Source: Bacteroidota bacterium
GTDB taxonomy: Bacteria > Bacteroidota > Bacteroidia > NS11-12g > UBA955
Direction: 5' to 3'
Length of the DNA stretch: 64,000 nt
Assembly (NCBI GenBank): GCA_041192805.1
Contig: JBEEMF010000011.1
Location: forward strand, 1,009-65,008
The notes below the pieces were generated by a model. It was not told the origin of the DNA. It ran no database searches and was given only the letters and a program-made list of their open reading frames with translations. Position 1 is the first letter of the stretch; each line of letters opens with the position of its first letter. The position numbers and the translations under genes are program-made. Positions 28,911 to 37,096 of this stretch are shown here, one piece after another.

Positions 28911-29783
28911 ATGTCGAATAAACGAAGAAAACCCAGCGCTTGGCCAAGTATCATTTCACTGTCCTCTGTGATGTTTATGCTAGGGCTATTGGGATTTTCC
29001 ATCGTTGGCTTTCAAGGATTAAGTCAGCATTTGATGGAAAGCAGCAGCATCGATCTCTATTTTGTGGATGGCAGCACCGAAGCACAAGTGAGGAAAATCG
29101 AACAATCGTTACTAAAGGAGCCTTGGATTAAAACAACGAAATTCATTAGTCCCAAAGACGGTGTGAAGGAAATGAGCGAGAAATACGACCCTGAATTTTT
29201 GTCTTATGCAGAGTCAATCGCATTGCCATTGAGTTTAGAAATTTACCCAAAGGCGGATTATGCCAACATTCAATTTATCGACCGTGAATCAAAACATTTG
29301 CGGACGTTCCCTTTGGTTGAAGATGTTATCTATCAACGGAATTGGGTAGAAAGCATGACCACAAATGTGCATCGCTTACAAATCGGCTTTACCGCCGCAG
29401 CCGTAATTTCATTGATCATTGCAATTGCCTTGATACAAAGTGCTACACGCTTAAGCATATTCGCAAATAGATTTTTGATCAAGAGTATGCAGTTGGTTGG
29501 CGCCACCAACAAATTCATTGTTAGACCTTACGTGATGGCATTTGTGCGACATTCATTGATTGCGATACCCATTGCGATGGGATTATTATTGATAATTTTT
29601 TACGGCTTACCCTATATTTTTCAGGATTTTGCTATCATCAACGACTTCACAAAACATATTGGTGTGATGGCATTGTTTGTAATTTGTATTTCTGTGTCGA
29701 TATTTGGACTGATTTTGGCAGTTTTTGGCAGTTGGTTGAGTACCCGACGTTATCTTCGCACCAAGATCGAAAATTTATATTAA
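28911..29783 (+). CDS. ftsX: Cell division protein FtsX-like permease
   Basis: 290 aa, FtsX topology: N-terminal TM, a periplasmic domain of about 100 aa, then 3 C-terminal TMs with MQLVGATNKFIVRPY. No ftsE adjacent. Confidence 0.8.
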   Translation: MSNKRRKPSAWPSIISLSSVMFMLGLLGFSIVGFQGLSQHLMESSSIDLYFVDGSTEAQVRKIEQSLLKEPWIKTTKFISPKDGVKEMSEKYDPEFLSYAESIALPLSLEIYPKADYANIQFIDRESKHLRTFPLVEDVIYQRNWVESMTTNVHRLQIGFTAAAVISLIIAIALIQSATRLSIFANRFLIKSMQLVGATNKFIVRPYVMAFVRHSLIAIPIAMGLLLIIFYGLPYIFQDFAIINDFTKHIGVMALFVICISVSIFGLILAVFGSWLSTRRYLRTKIENLY

Positions 29784-29787
29784 AGCC

Positions 29788-30030
29788 ATGAGTTCAATCA
29801 AAAAACCCGCCTCGAAAATCGAAAGCAAGCCTCAGCAACCGATGTTGTTTGACAAAGAAAACTACATATTAATCATCGCTTCATTGGTGATTCTTGTCAT
29901 TGGATTCATGTTGATGTCGGGCACAACCGATATTTACAACAGCACAAAGCTCACCGTTGCCCCGATTGTAGTTATTTTAGGGTTCATTTTGGGTATCGTT
30001 GCAATTTTTTACCGCAAGAAATCAGCATAA
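29788..30030 (+). CDS. Small two-TM membrane protein (DUF3098-like)
   Basis: 80 aa, 4 nt after ftsX and 3 nt before uppP. Two hydrophobic helices. The family name is from memory of the conserved ftsX-DUF3098-uppP arrangement. Confidence 0.6.
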   Translation: MSSIKKPASKIESKPQQPMLFDKENYILIIASLVILVIGFMLMSGTTDIYNSTKLTVAPIVVILGFILGIVAIFYRKKSA

Positions 30031-30033
30031 TCC

Positions 30034-30807
30034 ATGACCTGGATTGAGAATTTAATTCTCAGTGTGGTTGAGGGCCTCACCGAGTTTTTGCCTGTGAGCA
30101 GTACAGGCCATTTGATGATTACCAGAGAACTCATGGGGATGTCACCCAGCGAGCACGAAACCTACCTCATTGCGATTCAATTTGGTGCCATTGCCAGTGT
30201 CTTAACATTGTATTGGAAGCGTTTCTTTTCTAAGGACGCTTTATGGGTTTATCCGATCTTAATTATGGGTTTTATTCCAGCGGCTATTTTGGGGTTTTTG
30301 TTTGATGATCTTTTGGAGATGATGTTGAAAGCTCCGTGGATACCGGGGCTCACCTTGGTAATCTTTGGAATTGTGTTGTTATATATCGAAAAGATTTTCC
30401 CTCCTGGAGATAAAAAAATCTCCGATCTAAAGTTTGTAGATGCTATAAAAATTGGGCTATTCCAGTGCATGGCAATGATTCCTGGCGTAAGTCGTTCCGC
30501 AGCCACAATCGCCGGAGGTTTACAGGGCCGACTAACCCGTGCTGAAGCAACTGAATTCTCATTTCTATTGGCACTTCCCACCTTAGCGGCAGCGGGCGGA
30601 TACAAGTTATTAAAGCATTGGGAAGAGTTACAGCAGGGCAGCGAATTGGTCGACATAGCCATTGGCAATGTGATTAGTTTTATAACGGCTTATTTTGCGA
30701 TTAAGTACTTCATTGGATATATTCAGCGGAAGGGATTTGCCTTTTTTGGCTATTACCGAATTGTTGTTGGCTGTTTATTCTTGGCGTATTGGTTATTTTT
30801 GAAATAG
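30034..30807 (+). CDS. uppP: Undecaprenyl-diphosphate phosphatase
   Basis: 257 aa. VEGLTEFLPVSSTGHL and PGVSRSAATIAGG motifs. Confidence 0.92.
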   Translation: MTWIENLILSVVEGLTEFLPVSSTGHLMITRELMGMSPSEHETYLIAIQFGAIASVLTLYWKRFFSKDALWVYPILIMGFIPAAILGFLFDDLLEMMLKAPWIPGLTLVIFGIVLLYIEKIFPPGDKKISDLKFVDAIKIGLFQCMAMIPGVSRSAATIAGGLQGRLTRAEATEFSFLLALPTLAAAGGYKLLKHWEELQQGSELVDIAIGNVISFITAYFAIKYFIGYIQRKGFAFFGYYRIVVGCLFLAYWLFLK

Positions 30808-30814
30808 CGAGAGT

Positions 30815-30832
30815 TGATTGAATGATCAATCA
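30815..30832 (+). terminator. Weak AT-rich hairpin after uppP
   Basis: tgattga-atga-tcaatca followed by ttt. A second 5-bp hairpin, gttcg-aaaa-cgaac, follows. Confidence 0.25.
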
Positions 30833-30851
30833 TTTGTTCGAAAACGAACGA

Positions 30852-30859
30852 TATATTTG
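30852..30859 (+). promoter_or_regulatory. -7 box TATATTTG upstream of the DUF4159-like gene
   Basis: TATATTTG, then 10 nt, then ATG 30870. Confidence 0.4.
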
Positions 30860-30869
30860 ATAAAAGCAC

Positions 30870-31571
30870 ATGTTAAAAACTTCTAGTTCTTCCAGGATGA
30901 CTTCACGAATGTTAATTTTGGGATTATGGGTTGGATTTCAGTTGATTGGGTTGCCCCGCTGCGCGGGGCAACCCAATCAACTGAAGTTATGTCGACTCAA
31001 ATATAATGGCGGCGGGGATTGGTATAGTAGTAGAACAGCCCTGCCAAATTTGTCCCAATATGCGAATTCGCATATTGGGACAAATTTGGCGACCACCGAG
31101 GCGATAGCCGAGGTGGGATCCACAGACATATACCGTTACCCCTTTTGCTTCCTCACTGGCCATGGGAACGTCGTTTTTTCTGACCAAGAAGCCACCAACC
31201 TAAGGAACTATCTTTTAGCCGGAGGATTCCTGCACATCTGCGACAATTACGGCATCGATCCGTTTATTCGCAGAGAAATGAAAAAGGCCTTCCCAGAACT
31301 CACATTTCAGGCAGTACCATTCAATCACCCCATTTATCATGGGCCCTACTCATTCAATAATGGCCTACCCAAAATACATCAACACGATGGAAAATCGCCA
31401 ATAGGATATGGTTTGTTCTGGGAAGGCCGACTCGTATGTTTTTACGACTATGAATGCGACCTAGGCAATGGATGGGAAGACCCTGAGGTATACAAAGACC
31501 CCGTTGAAATCAGGGAAAAAGCACTAAAAATGGGATGTAATCTAATTTACCAAGCTTTTATTGCGCAATAA
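30870..31571 (+). CDS. DUF4159-like secreted protein
   Basis: 233 aa with a signal-like N-terminus. RLKYNGGGDWYSSRTALPNL block, recalled as the DUF4159 signature. Confidence 0.6.
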   Translation: MLKTSSSSRMTSRMLILGLWVGFQLIGLPRCAGQPNQLKLCRLKYNGGGDWYSSRTALPNLSQYANSHIGTNLATTEAIAEVGSTDIYRYPFCFLTGHGNVVFSDQEATNLRNYLLAGGFLHICDNYGIDPFIRREMKKAFPELTFQAVPFNHPIYHGPYSFNNGLPKIHQHDGKSPIGYGLFWEGRLVCFYDYECDLGNGWEDPEVYKDPVEIREKALKMGCNLIYQAFIAQ

Positions 31572-31691
31572 CTTACCCCCTGAATCTACAAAAATAAAAC
31601 CGTGACAAATGCAATTCTAGGGCCCAAAAATTGGCACAGAATTGATAAGTTCAATTTAGATCAATCCGTTACGGCAAAAAGTAACTTTAAA

Positions 31692-33047
31692 TTACTTCAC
31701 CTCACGGATCCAAACTTGTGGAACCGCAGATTCATAATAGAAAATACCCTTATTAGCATCCTTCTCTGATGGGAAGTCCTTCAAGAATACATAGTAACTC
31801 TTGTTACTTGGATCGTAGATCTTGTAGGCAAATATACCCTTCTTATACAAATCTTTGATTTGCTTGTTCGCCTTTGATTCAGCACTGTGTAAACCCGCAA
31901 CCAAATAGAACCCTGGCGATGGCTTAACCTTTTCGATAGGTGGCAATTTGATACCGGAAGTATCCTTACCTGCTCCAAAAGCAACCAAATCTTCTAAACT
32001 TGTAACCGTCACTTCCTTTTTCATTGAAGCACTATTCACATTAGCACCACCTTCTGATTCACCATTTTCATTTTCACCCGAGCTATTCAAATTTGCATCT
32101 CCTTCATCACCATTTGTGCTATTCAAATCAGACCCATTTCGAGACCCGCCGCCCAATGCTGAAAACCCGATATACGTATGAAATTCATGAGAATTACCCA
32201 AAGCAATTCGCTGAGCACCCGTAGGTGTGTTATACGAATACGACACTTTAATATCTGACTGAGGGGCAAATCCAATATTACCACCAATCTGACCAATATC
32301 GTTGCCACCAATACCCATCCAAAACTTATCTTGGTAGTTAAACGATGCGTTATATTGGACTCTATAATAATCAAAATTATATGCAGACACATAAATTGAA
32401 GGCTTCAACAAGATGTCGTTGCCCAAATCAATGTTATACCCAAACAACAAACTCGCTTGCGCTTGCATCTGGTAAGTAGATGTGTAATTGTAATAGATGT
32501 AATCAAATCGTGGCTTACTTAAACGAGAAATCGCAACCCCACCAAACCACTTTTCTCCATTTATAAATGCAGATGCGCGCAAATCAGCACGGGTTACCGG
32601 CGGTGTTAACATCAACGATTTGATAATAGGATCGTTGCCGCTAATGTAAACAGCCTTCGACATATCAAAGTTCTGTGACAACACACCTACACTCATTCCC
32701 AAATTCAAATTGGTAGTGCTCGCAATGGGCAAAGAATAGGCGTACGTTGCATAGGCATTGTGCATTTCAGAGAAACCCACCCTTTCGCGCATATAATACA
32801 AACCATACCCAGTGTTTTTTGACGGCACGGGCATCGCGATGTTCAATACGGTTGTTTGTGGGCTACCTGGAACAGCCGAGAACATTTTGTTATACAACAA
32901 CGTCACATGACCTTGCTCATGAGTATTCATGGCAGCAGGATTAATCATAGAATAATCCATGTAATACTGATCCAATTTCGCTCCCATTTGAGCGCTAACA
33001 CTTCCAATGCACAGAGCAATGGCAGAAATGATGCTAATTTTTTTCAT
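31692..33047 (-). CDS. PorP/SprF-family T9SS outer-membrane protein with low-complexity linker and C-terminal SPOR-like domain
   Basis: 451 aa; the start lies 5 nt after the stop of the type-B adhesin gene. Signal peptide, then the PorP/SprF N-terminal pattern QYYMDYSMINPAAMN...YGLYYMRERVGF. A G/N/S/E-rich linker. The C-terminus GFYLVAGLHSAESKANKQIKDLYKKGIFAYKIYDPSNKSYYVFLKDFPSEKDAN fits the SPOR pattern. Confidence 0.75.
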   Translation of the reverse strand: MKKISIISAIALCIGSVSAQMGAKLDQYYMDYSMINPAAMNTHEQGHVTLLYNKMFSAVPGSPQTTVLNIAMPVPSKNTGYGLYYMRERVGFSEMHNAYATYAYSLPIASTTNLNLGMSVGVLSQNFDMSKAVYISGNDPIIKSLMLTPPVTRADLRASAFINGEKWFGGVAISRLSKPRFDYIYYNYTSTYQMQAQASLLFGYNIDLGNDILLKPSIYVSAYNFDYYRVQYNASFNYQDKFWMGIGGNDIGQIGGNIGFAPQSDIKVSYSYNTPTGAQRIALGNSHEFHTYIGFSALGGGSRNGSDLNSTNGDEGDANLNSSGENENGESEGGANVNSASMKKEVTVTSLEDLVAFGAGKDTSGIKLPPIEKVKPSPGFYLVAGLHSAESKANKQIKDLYKKGIFAYKIYDPSNKSYYVFLKDFPSEKDANKGIFYYESAVPQVWIREVK

Positions 33048-33052
33048 CTGAA

Positions 33053-36000
33053 TTAACGAATTACTTGGATATAACCTCTAAACTCTTCGCCGTTAAAGCG
33101 ATTTTTCATGTAGTAAAAATAAATACCTGGTGGCAGGTCAGTTCCTGAATTATCAACCGCCTTCCAATCATTTAAATAATTGCCGGTATAATAAACCAAT
33201 TTACCCTGACGGTCACTGATGCGTAAGTCGAACAAATATAAATCCGCCAACTCGCTCAAATCCCAGAAATCATTCTGCAAATCACCATTTGGAGTAATCA
33301 AATTCGGAATTCTAACCAACGGAGGATCAACCACAGTAACAAGAACAGAATCATTGTCGTCACAGCCGTTTGAGTCAGTACCAGAAACATAATAGGTACG
33401 CGTAGTTAACGGACGGGCAATAACAGAATCACCATTACCCCTATTCAAAGTAGAACTATCAGTCCACCAATAATTGGTTGCACCAACCGCATGTAAATTC
33501 GCCTTTTTACCTCTGTAAATAGTGGTGTCACGATAAACAATAATATTCGCCATCGGGAAAGCTTTTACTTGTACTGAATCAACGGCAGTACATATACCAG
33601 ACGTCGCTGTTACTTTATACCAACCCTTGCCGTATAATTTCTGCGTACGATTTGTGTCCTTCGCCCCAACCCAACGAATCGTATCTCCCCCACTCGCAGT
33701 AATATCAATTGAGTCGCCCTTACACAACGGCATACTTCCAATAAATGAAAAAGAAACAACTGGCTTTAAGGTAAACGCAAAACTCTGTGTCATTGTATCA
33801 ATACAGCCCTGATCGTCTTCCACTATGTACGAAACTGCATGGGGACCCGCCGTAGAGAAGTACTGCTTCACTGGCGCTTTTCCAATCACAACAGACCCAT
33901 TGATATCCCAAGAATATTTCACCAAAGGACGAGCAGATTTTGAAGCTGTGTCTTTAAAAATAATGGTATCAGGCACGCAGATGCCCTGTTTATAGAAATT
34001 TGCTCTAGGGCTTGGTTTTACAACGAATTGCTGCAAAACACTATCTACACAATTATGGATTGAAACGCCATACAATTTAACTGTATAAACACCAGTGTCT
34101 TTGTAAGAGTGATTGTTCGATGTTGCAGGTGATTCAGTATTCCCATCGCCCCAACTCCATCCGGAATTCAATAACGTGTCATTGACATCAATTCCCACGT
34201 TGAAATTAAATTTGAAATTATTGTATTTGAAACATTGTATTGAATCATTAGGCAACATGGCCTTATCGAGTGAAAATGTCGGATTAGGAATGTAATGCGA
34301 CATTACGATACCCACTGCAGAATCCCTACAACCATGATTCGTTTGAGCGAGCATCACCACATTGTGAATACCCGGAGTAGCAAATAACACTTTTGGATTC
34401 TTTGTAAAAAAGTTAATCGTATTGTCGAATTTCCAACTATAAGTTGTCAATGGCTCTAGACTAAGCACAGTTTGGGTTTTGCGCAGAAATGCAGTAGAAT
34501 CCCCAAAACACTTTTCCGTTACGGTATATCCAGCCGAAGGTTTCGGTTGAACAAAAATCGAAAGTGTATCTGAGCTTATGCAACCAGCATTAGAAATTAC
34601 CGTCAATTTTGACTTGTAAATCCCCGGCAATAAATAGGTATGCTTGGCGCCGTACAATGTGGTATCGTTGCCACCATCACCAAATGTCCAAAAGTATGTA
34701 CCCGCATAATCAGGATTCATAATTTGGGTGTTATCTGTAAAAACGGTTTCTTCACCAATACAAGTAGCACTTTGCGTATAATCAACCAATGGCAGAGGAA
34801 AAGTCCGAACGGGCTTAATGATAGAATCCCTACAAGCACCTTTTTGACCTGCATAGTTTGAATATGAAATCAACTTTACAAAATACAGCCCTGGAGGATT
34901 GTATTTACGTGTAACTGTCTTTGATGTTGATGTTGGCGACCCGTCACCAAAATCCCATTTTCTTGTCGAAATCAAATCAGGCGCTGATACCGTGCTCTGA
35001 TCATCAAATACAACAGACTGACCAAAACAAACATCTTTAGGATCAAAAGCAGGTGCAGGTTTAGCATGAACCACATAATCGAAAGTATCAATCGCAAAAC
35101 AAGCGTTAACAGTTGTCACTCTTAGAATTACCTTGTATCCACCTGGGTTTGTATATGTATGATTAACAATTTTCGACGTTTTGATTGTTGGTGGCGGTCC
35201 ATCACCCAAATTCCAATTCCAACCCGAAATTGTCTCGCCGTTAGCATTAGAAAAGTCAGTAAAAACAGTCTGTTCACCGATACAAACATTGTTTACCGTT
35301 TTTAATATAAAAGGCGTTGTAAATACAGTAACCATCTGAACCCAAGAATCCAAATTCCCGTCGGCATTTAGGATAGTTAAACTAACTCTGTAAGTGCCCC
35401 CGTTTGCATATTTATGTACAGCATTTTTCGTCGTTACCGAGTTCCCTGACGACCCCGCATCACCAAAATTCCATGTATTTGTTAAAATCGCTGAAATACT
35501 CTTGCTGAGATTTGTAAACTTCAATGTGTCTCCAGAACACCTACCAGTCAATTTATAAGACGCAAATGGCTCTTTGCTTCCTAGTATATTTAATCCTGTT
35601 TTTCGTTCTGTGGCTGTAAGTACGATTGTATTTCCCAACGCAAACGTGCCCAAAGTCGACATACTTGTTGTGGCCGTGGTAATCTGACCCTTTCGAATCA
35701 CAGAACCTGTTCCACCATGGTCTTTCCATGTTGCAGTGGCTGTGTAACCCAAAATTCTTAATGTAGAGTTTTCATAGACTCCATCATCCGTTGATATAGA
35801 ATCATACTTGAGTGTAACTACAAAATTGGAACTATTTGAAGCATTAGTAGGCACTGTAGCACCCACGAAATAATTTACCGCCGAATAATTTCGAATACCC
35901 GTAGGTAAAGATCCGTTCCCAGTTGCTTTTCCTTTAAACATTTGAAACACGTAGTATGTCAAATTGCCATTTCCCTTGGAAAAACTCAAACCCACCGGAC

Positions 36001-36544
36001 GATAATCACTACCCGCACCCACTGGGAATGTCAAACTTGTAGAACCATTTGTTAGGCCAATATGCAGCGCCCCATCAATAAAACTCGTTGTACCACCCCC
36101 CGTAAACGTACAGCCACTCAAAGCCCTAAATGCAAGCAGATTAGAACCCACTTGTACAAGACCATCCGTTAGAGTAATTTTGGTCTTTACATTAAATGTC
36201 TTTGGCGCAGAATTCCCATCAACGGTTAAAGTGATACCAGATTTATTCATTGTCAATTGGTCCACCTGAACACTATCTACACTGAACGTCATCGTATAAC
36301 CCACCTGAACTGTTTCGGCATAATAACCGGTGGAAATCATAATAATGTCCGAACCCGACGTTGCAATATTAGCAGCAGCCGTGATTGTTAATTTTGCAGT
36401 TGCAGCACTCAGTCCGTTATTCGCGTCATTACCCGTTTTAGAAACGTAATATGTTGCCCCTGACAGAAACTGAATTGATGCAATCGTAAAAACCGATAAA
36501 ACCAATACCGATTTGAGAAAAGATTGTATAGTAGAAAACTTCAT
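33053..36544 (-). CDS. Large PKD-repeat adhesin-like protein with T9SS type-B C-terminal domain
   Basis: 1163 aa with a signal peptide. At least 7 PKD-like repeats (W.FGDG...H.Y..PG.Y.V.L). The CTD is IPNLITPNGDLQNDFWDL...PPGIYFYYMKN...RGYIQVIR. Confidence 0.85.
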   Translation of the reverse strand: MKFSTIQSFLKSVLVLSVFTIASIQFLSGATYYVSKTGNDANNGLSAATAKLTITAAANIATSGSDIIMISTGYYAETVQVGYTMTFSVDSVQVDQLTMNKSGITLTVDGNSAPKTFNVKTKITLTDGLVQVGSNLLAFRALSGCTFTGGGTTSFIDGALHIGLTNGSTSLTFPVGAGSDYRPVGLSFSKGNGNLTYYVFQMFKGKATGNGSLPTGIRNYSAVNYFVGATVPTNASNSSNFVVTLKYDSISTDDGVYENSTLRILGYTATATWKDHGGTGSVIRKGQITTATTSMSTLGTFALGNTIVLTATERKTGLNILGSKEPFASYKLTGRCSGDTLKFTNLSKSISAILTNTWNFGDAGSSGNSVTTKNAVHKYANGGTYRVSLTILNADGNLDSWVQMVTVFTTPFILKTVNNVCIGEQTVFTDFSNANGETISGWNWNLGDGPPPTIKTSKIVNHTYTNPGGYKVILRVTTVNACFAIDTFDYVVHAKPAPAFDPKDVCFGQSVVFDDQSTVSAPDLISTRKWDFGDGSPTSTSKTVTRKYNPPGLYFVKLISYSNYAGQKGACRDSIIKPVRTFPLPLVDYTQSATCIGEETVFTDNTQIMNPDYAGTYFWTFGDGGNDTTLYGAKHTYLLPGIYKSKLTVISNAGCISSDTLSIFVQPKPSAGYTVTEKCFGDSTAFLRKTQTVLSLEPLTTYSWKFDNTINFFTKNPKVLFATPGIHNVVMLAQTNHGCRDSAVGIVMSHYIPNPTFSLDKAMLPNDSIQCFKYNNFKFNFNVGIDVNDTLLNSGWSWGDGNTESPATSNNHSYKDTGVYTVKLYGVSIHNCVDSVLQQFVVKPSPRANFYKQGICVPDTIIFKDTASKSARPLVKYSWDINGSVVIGKAPVKQYFSTAGPHAVSYIVEDDQGCIDTMTQSFAFTLKPVVSFSFIGSMPLCKGDSIDITASGGDTIRWVGAKDTNRTQKLYGKGWYKVTATSGICTAVDSVQVKAFPMANIIVYRDTTIYRGKKANLHAVGATNYWWTDSSTLNRGNGDSVIARPLTTRTYYVSGTDSNGCDDNDSVLVTVVDPPLVRIPNLITPNGDLQNDFWDLSELADLYLFDLRISDRQGKLVYYTGNYLNDWKAVDNSGTDLPPGIYFYYMKNRFNGEEFRGYIQVIR

Positions 36545-36562
36545 GTGGATGTATGAATATTA

Positions 36563-36570
36563 CAAATTTA
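36563..36570 (-). promoter_or_regulatory. -7 box TAAATTTG upstream of the 1163-aa adhesin gene
   Basis: The minus strand reads cccTTAAATTTGtaatattcatacatccacATG, with 18 nt between the box and ATG 36544. Confidence 0.45.
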
Positions 36571-36576
36571 AGGGTT

Positions 36577-36605
36577 TAGACGCTATTTCTCAGAATTTCG
36601 TTTCC
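36577..36605 (-). promoter_or_regulatory. Possible ECF-like promoter GGAAAC-N17-CGTCTA just upstream of the -7 box
   Basis: The minus strand reads GGAAACgaaattctgagaaatagCGTCTA. It resembles the generic ECF consensus but differs from the TTGCAACCAAT motif. Confidence 0.2.
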
Positions 36606-36648
36606 CCATCCACCCACACTAAATTCAATTGCTGCCTATACCGTACAC

Positions 36649-37035
36649 TTAAAAAGGCAAATCATCATCCTCAAAAGGATTGTTGGCTGCGCTATTCGCA
36701 CCTTGATCGCCTGATGGCATTGCGTCAAAACTCGGAGCACTATTGGTTCCCCCAACGGCACTTCCCGCATTTTGTTTGGCAACATTCCATGCGCGAATAT
36801 CAGTGTACCAGCGGCCATTATACTCTCTACTCTCAACATCAACAGAAATTGTCAAATCCTGACCATCTTGAATATTAAACTTAGAAATTTTGTCGCCCCA
36901 TAGGTTAAAACAAACCTTTTTCGGATACTGGCCAGGGACCTCAATGATGAATTCCTGTTTCTCCCATGTGGTACCATTCTTGGCGTTTCCCGTCTGCTTC
37001 GGCAGAGTCTGAACAATTTTACCTGTAATTTCCAT
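36649..37035 (-). CDS. DUF3127-like small protein with disordered linker and SSB-type acidic C-terminal tip (DDDLPF)
   Basis: 128 aa. MEITGKIVQTLPKQTGNAKNGTTWEKQEFIIEVPGQYPKKVCFNLWGDK...ESREYNGRWYTDIRAWNV (recalled as DUF3127). Then a G/S/A/N-rich tail ending NNPFEDDDLPF. Confidence 0.7.
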   Translation of the reverse strand: MEITGKIVQTLPKQTGNAKNGTTWEKQEFIIEVPGQYPKKVCFNLWGDKISKFNIQDGQDLTISVDVESREYNGRWYTDIRAWNVAKQNAGSAVGGTNSAPSFDAMPSGDQGANSAANNPFEDDDLPF

Positions 37036-37039
37036 ATCG

Positions 37040-37047
37040 CAAATCTA
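37040..37047 (-). promoter_or_regulatory. -7 box TAGATTTG, 4 nt upstream of ATG 37035
   Basis: The minus strand reads TAGATTTG-cgat-ATG. A TTG lies 18 nt upstream of the TA. Confidence 0.5.
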
Positions 37048-37096
37048 TTTTTTTGTTTTCCAATTCAACCTTACTTACACCCGAATTAATCCACAA

